The notes below the pieces were generated by a model that saw only the letters and a list, made by a program, of their open reading frames with translations, made no database searches and had not been told where the DNA came from. DNA of 64,000 nt, the filler included, from Basidiobolus ranarum (taxonomy: Eukaryota): the NCBI GenBank assembly GCA_040143965.1. It is 33 parts of 33 records of this genome, joined end to end, with 100 filler letters (N's around TTAATTAATTAA, not from the genome) between each part and the next. Parts side by side here need not be neighbours in the genome. Positions count along the whole stretch, not along the records: positions 62,239 to 64,000 come from JASJQH010011265.1; 32 more parts are not named here. One strand, given 5' to 3'. Below, one piece after another: positions 63,278 to 64,000 of the stretch. Every line of letters starts with the position of its first letter. The stretch's first letter is position 1. The position numbers and the translations under genes are program-made.

Positions 63278-64000
63278 TTGAGGTTAGTGCTTGACATATA
63301 TGGGCTGACCCAGCCAGAACTGAAAATTCTGAAGGAGTACATTGCAGAAAATCTATAGAAAGGATTAGTCCAACATTCAAAGTCCCCAGTAGACTCTCCA
63401 ATCTTGTTTGTTAAGAAAAAGGATGGATCCCTCCATCTCTGTGTTGATTATCAAGGCCTAAATAGCATTACAGTCAAAAATCAATAACCCTTGCCATTAA
63501 TCAACTCACTCTTGGATCAGCTTGCTTCAGCCAAGGTGTTTACAAAGATTAATCTAAGAGGTGCTTACAATCTTGTAAGAATCAAACCTGGAGACTAATG
63601 GAAAACTGCCTTTTGAACTTGCTATGGACACTTTGAGTACAATGTCATGCCATTTGGACTTACTAATGCCCCTGCATTCTTTCAACACATGATGAATGAT
63701 ATCTTCAGCAAGTATCTGGACCAATTTGTGGTAATCTATCTTGATGATATCTTCATCTTCTGAAAGTCTCAAGAAGAACATAATATTCATGTTTCCCAAG
63801 TCCTAGAAAAGTTGAAAACCTCTGGTCTCTATGCTAAACTTGAGAAATGTGAATTTGATCAAGAGCAAGTTGAATTCCTTGGATATATCATCAGCCCATC
63901 AGACATCTCCATGGACCCTAAGAAGGTTGAATCTGTTCTGTCTTGCAAAATTCCCAAGAATGTGAAGGATGTCCAATCATTCCTTGGATTTGCAACCTTT
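63278..64000 (+). mobile_element. Ty3/gypsy reverse transcriptase (degenerate)
   Basis: [73 protein letters not shown]. Confidence 0.96.

Overview
This window is not contiguous genome. It is about 33 short contigs (~1.84-1.86 kb each) joined by artificial 100-nt spacers (N-run + TTAATTAATTAA + N-run), so nothing can be inferred from adjacency across spacers. The DNA is eukaryotic and AT-rich with short GT-AG introns, consistent with a fungus, probably an early-diverging lineage (inference). Most of it is heavily nested, CpG-depleted, decayed transposons: at least three Ty1/copia families, a Ty3/gypsy chromovirus, a CACTA/EnSpm-type element with CCCTAAC termini and a PIF/Harbinger fragment. 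Host gene pieces include a Rim2-like carrier, DJ-1/PfpI, Sec7, PTR2-like and sugar transporters, an SDR, a GNAT, secreted proteins and a decayed NRPS-like A-T-TE gene. Standouts: (1) contig 46744-48582 is one intronless, CpG-retaining, compact and very divergent RNA polymerase second-largest subunit that looks like a large-DNA-virus gene; (2) a variant U6 snRNA with an extra 3' UUCG hairpin; (3) a tRNA-like gene just inside an LTR-like terminus; (4) an LTR with long in-register heat-shock-element arrays; (5) a copia family with non-canonical TG...TA LTRs; (6) a two-gene divergent CACTA-like element that repeatedly inserts into itself.
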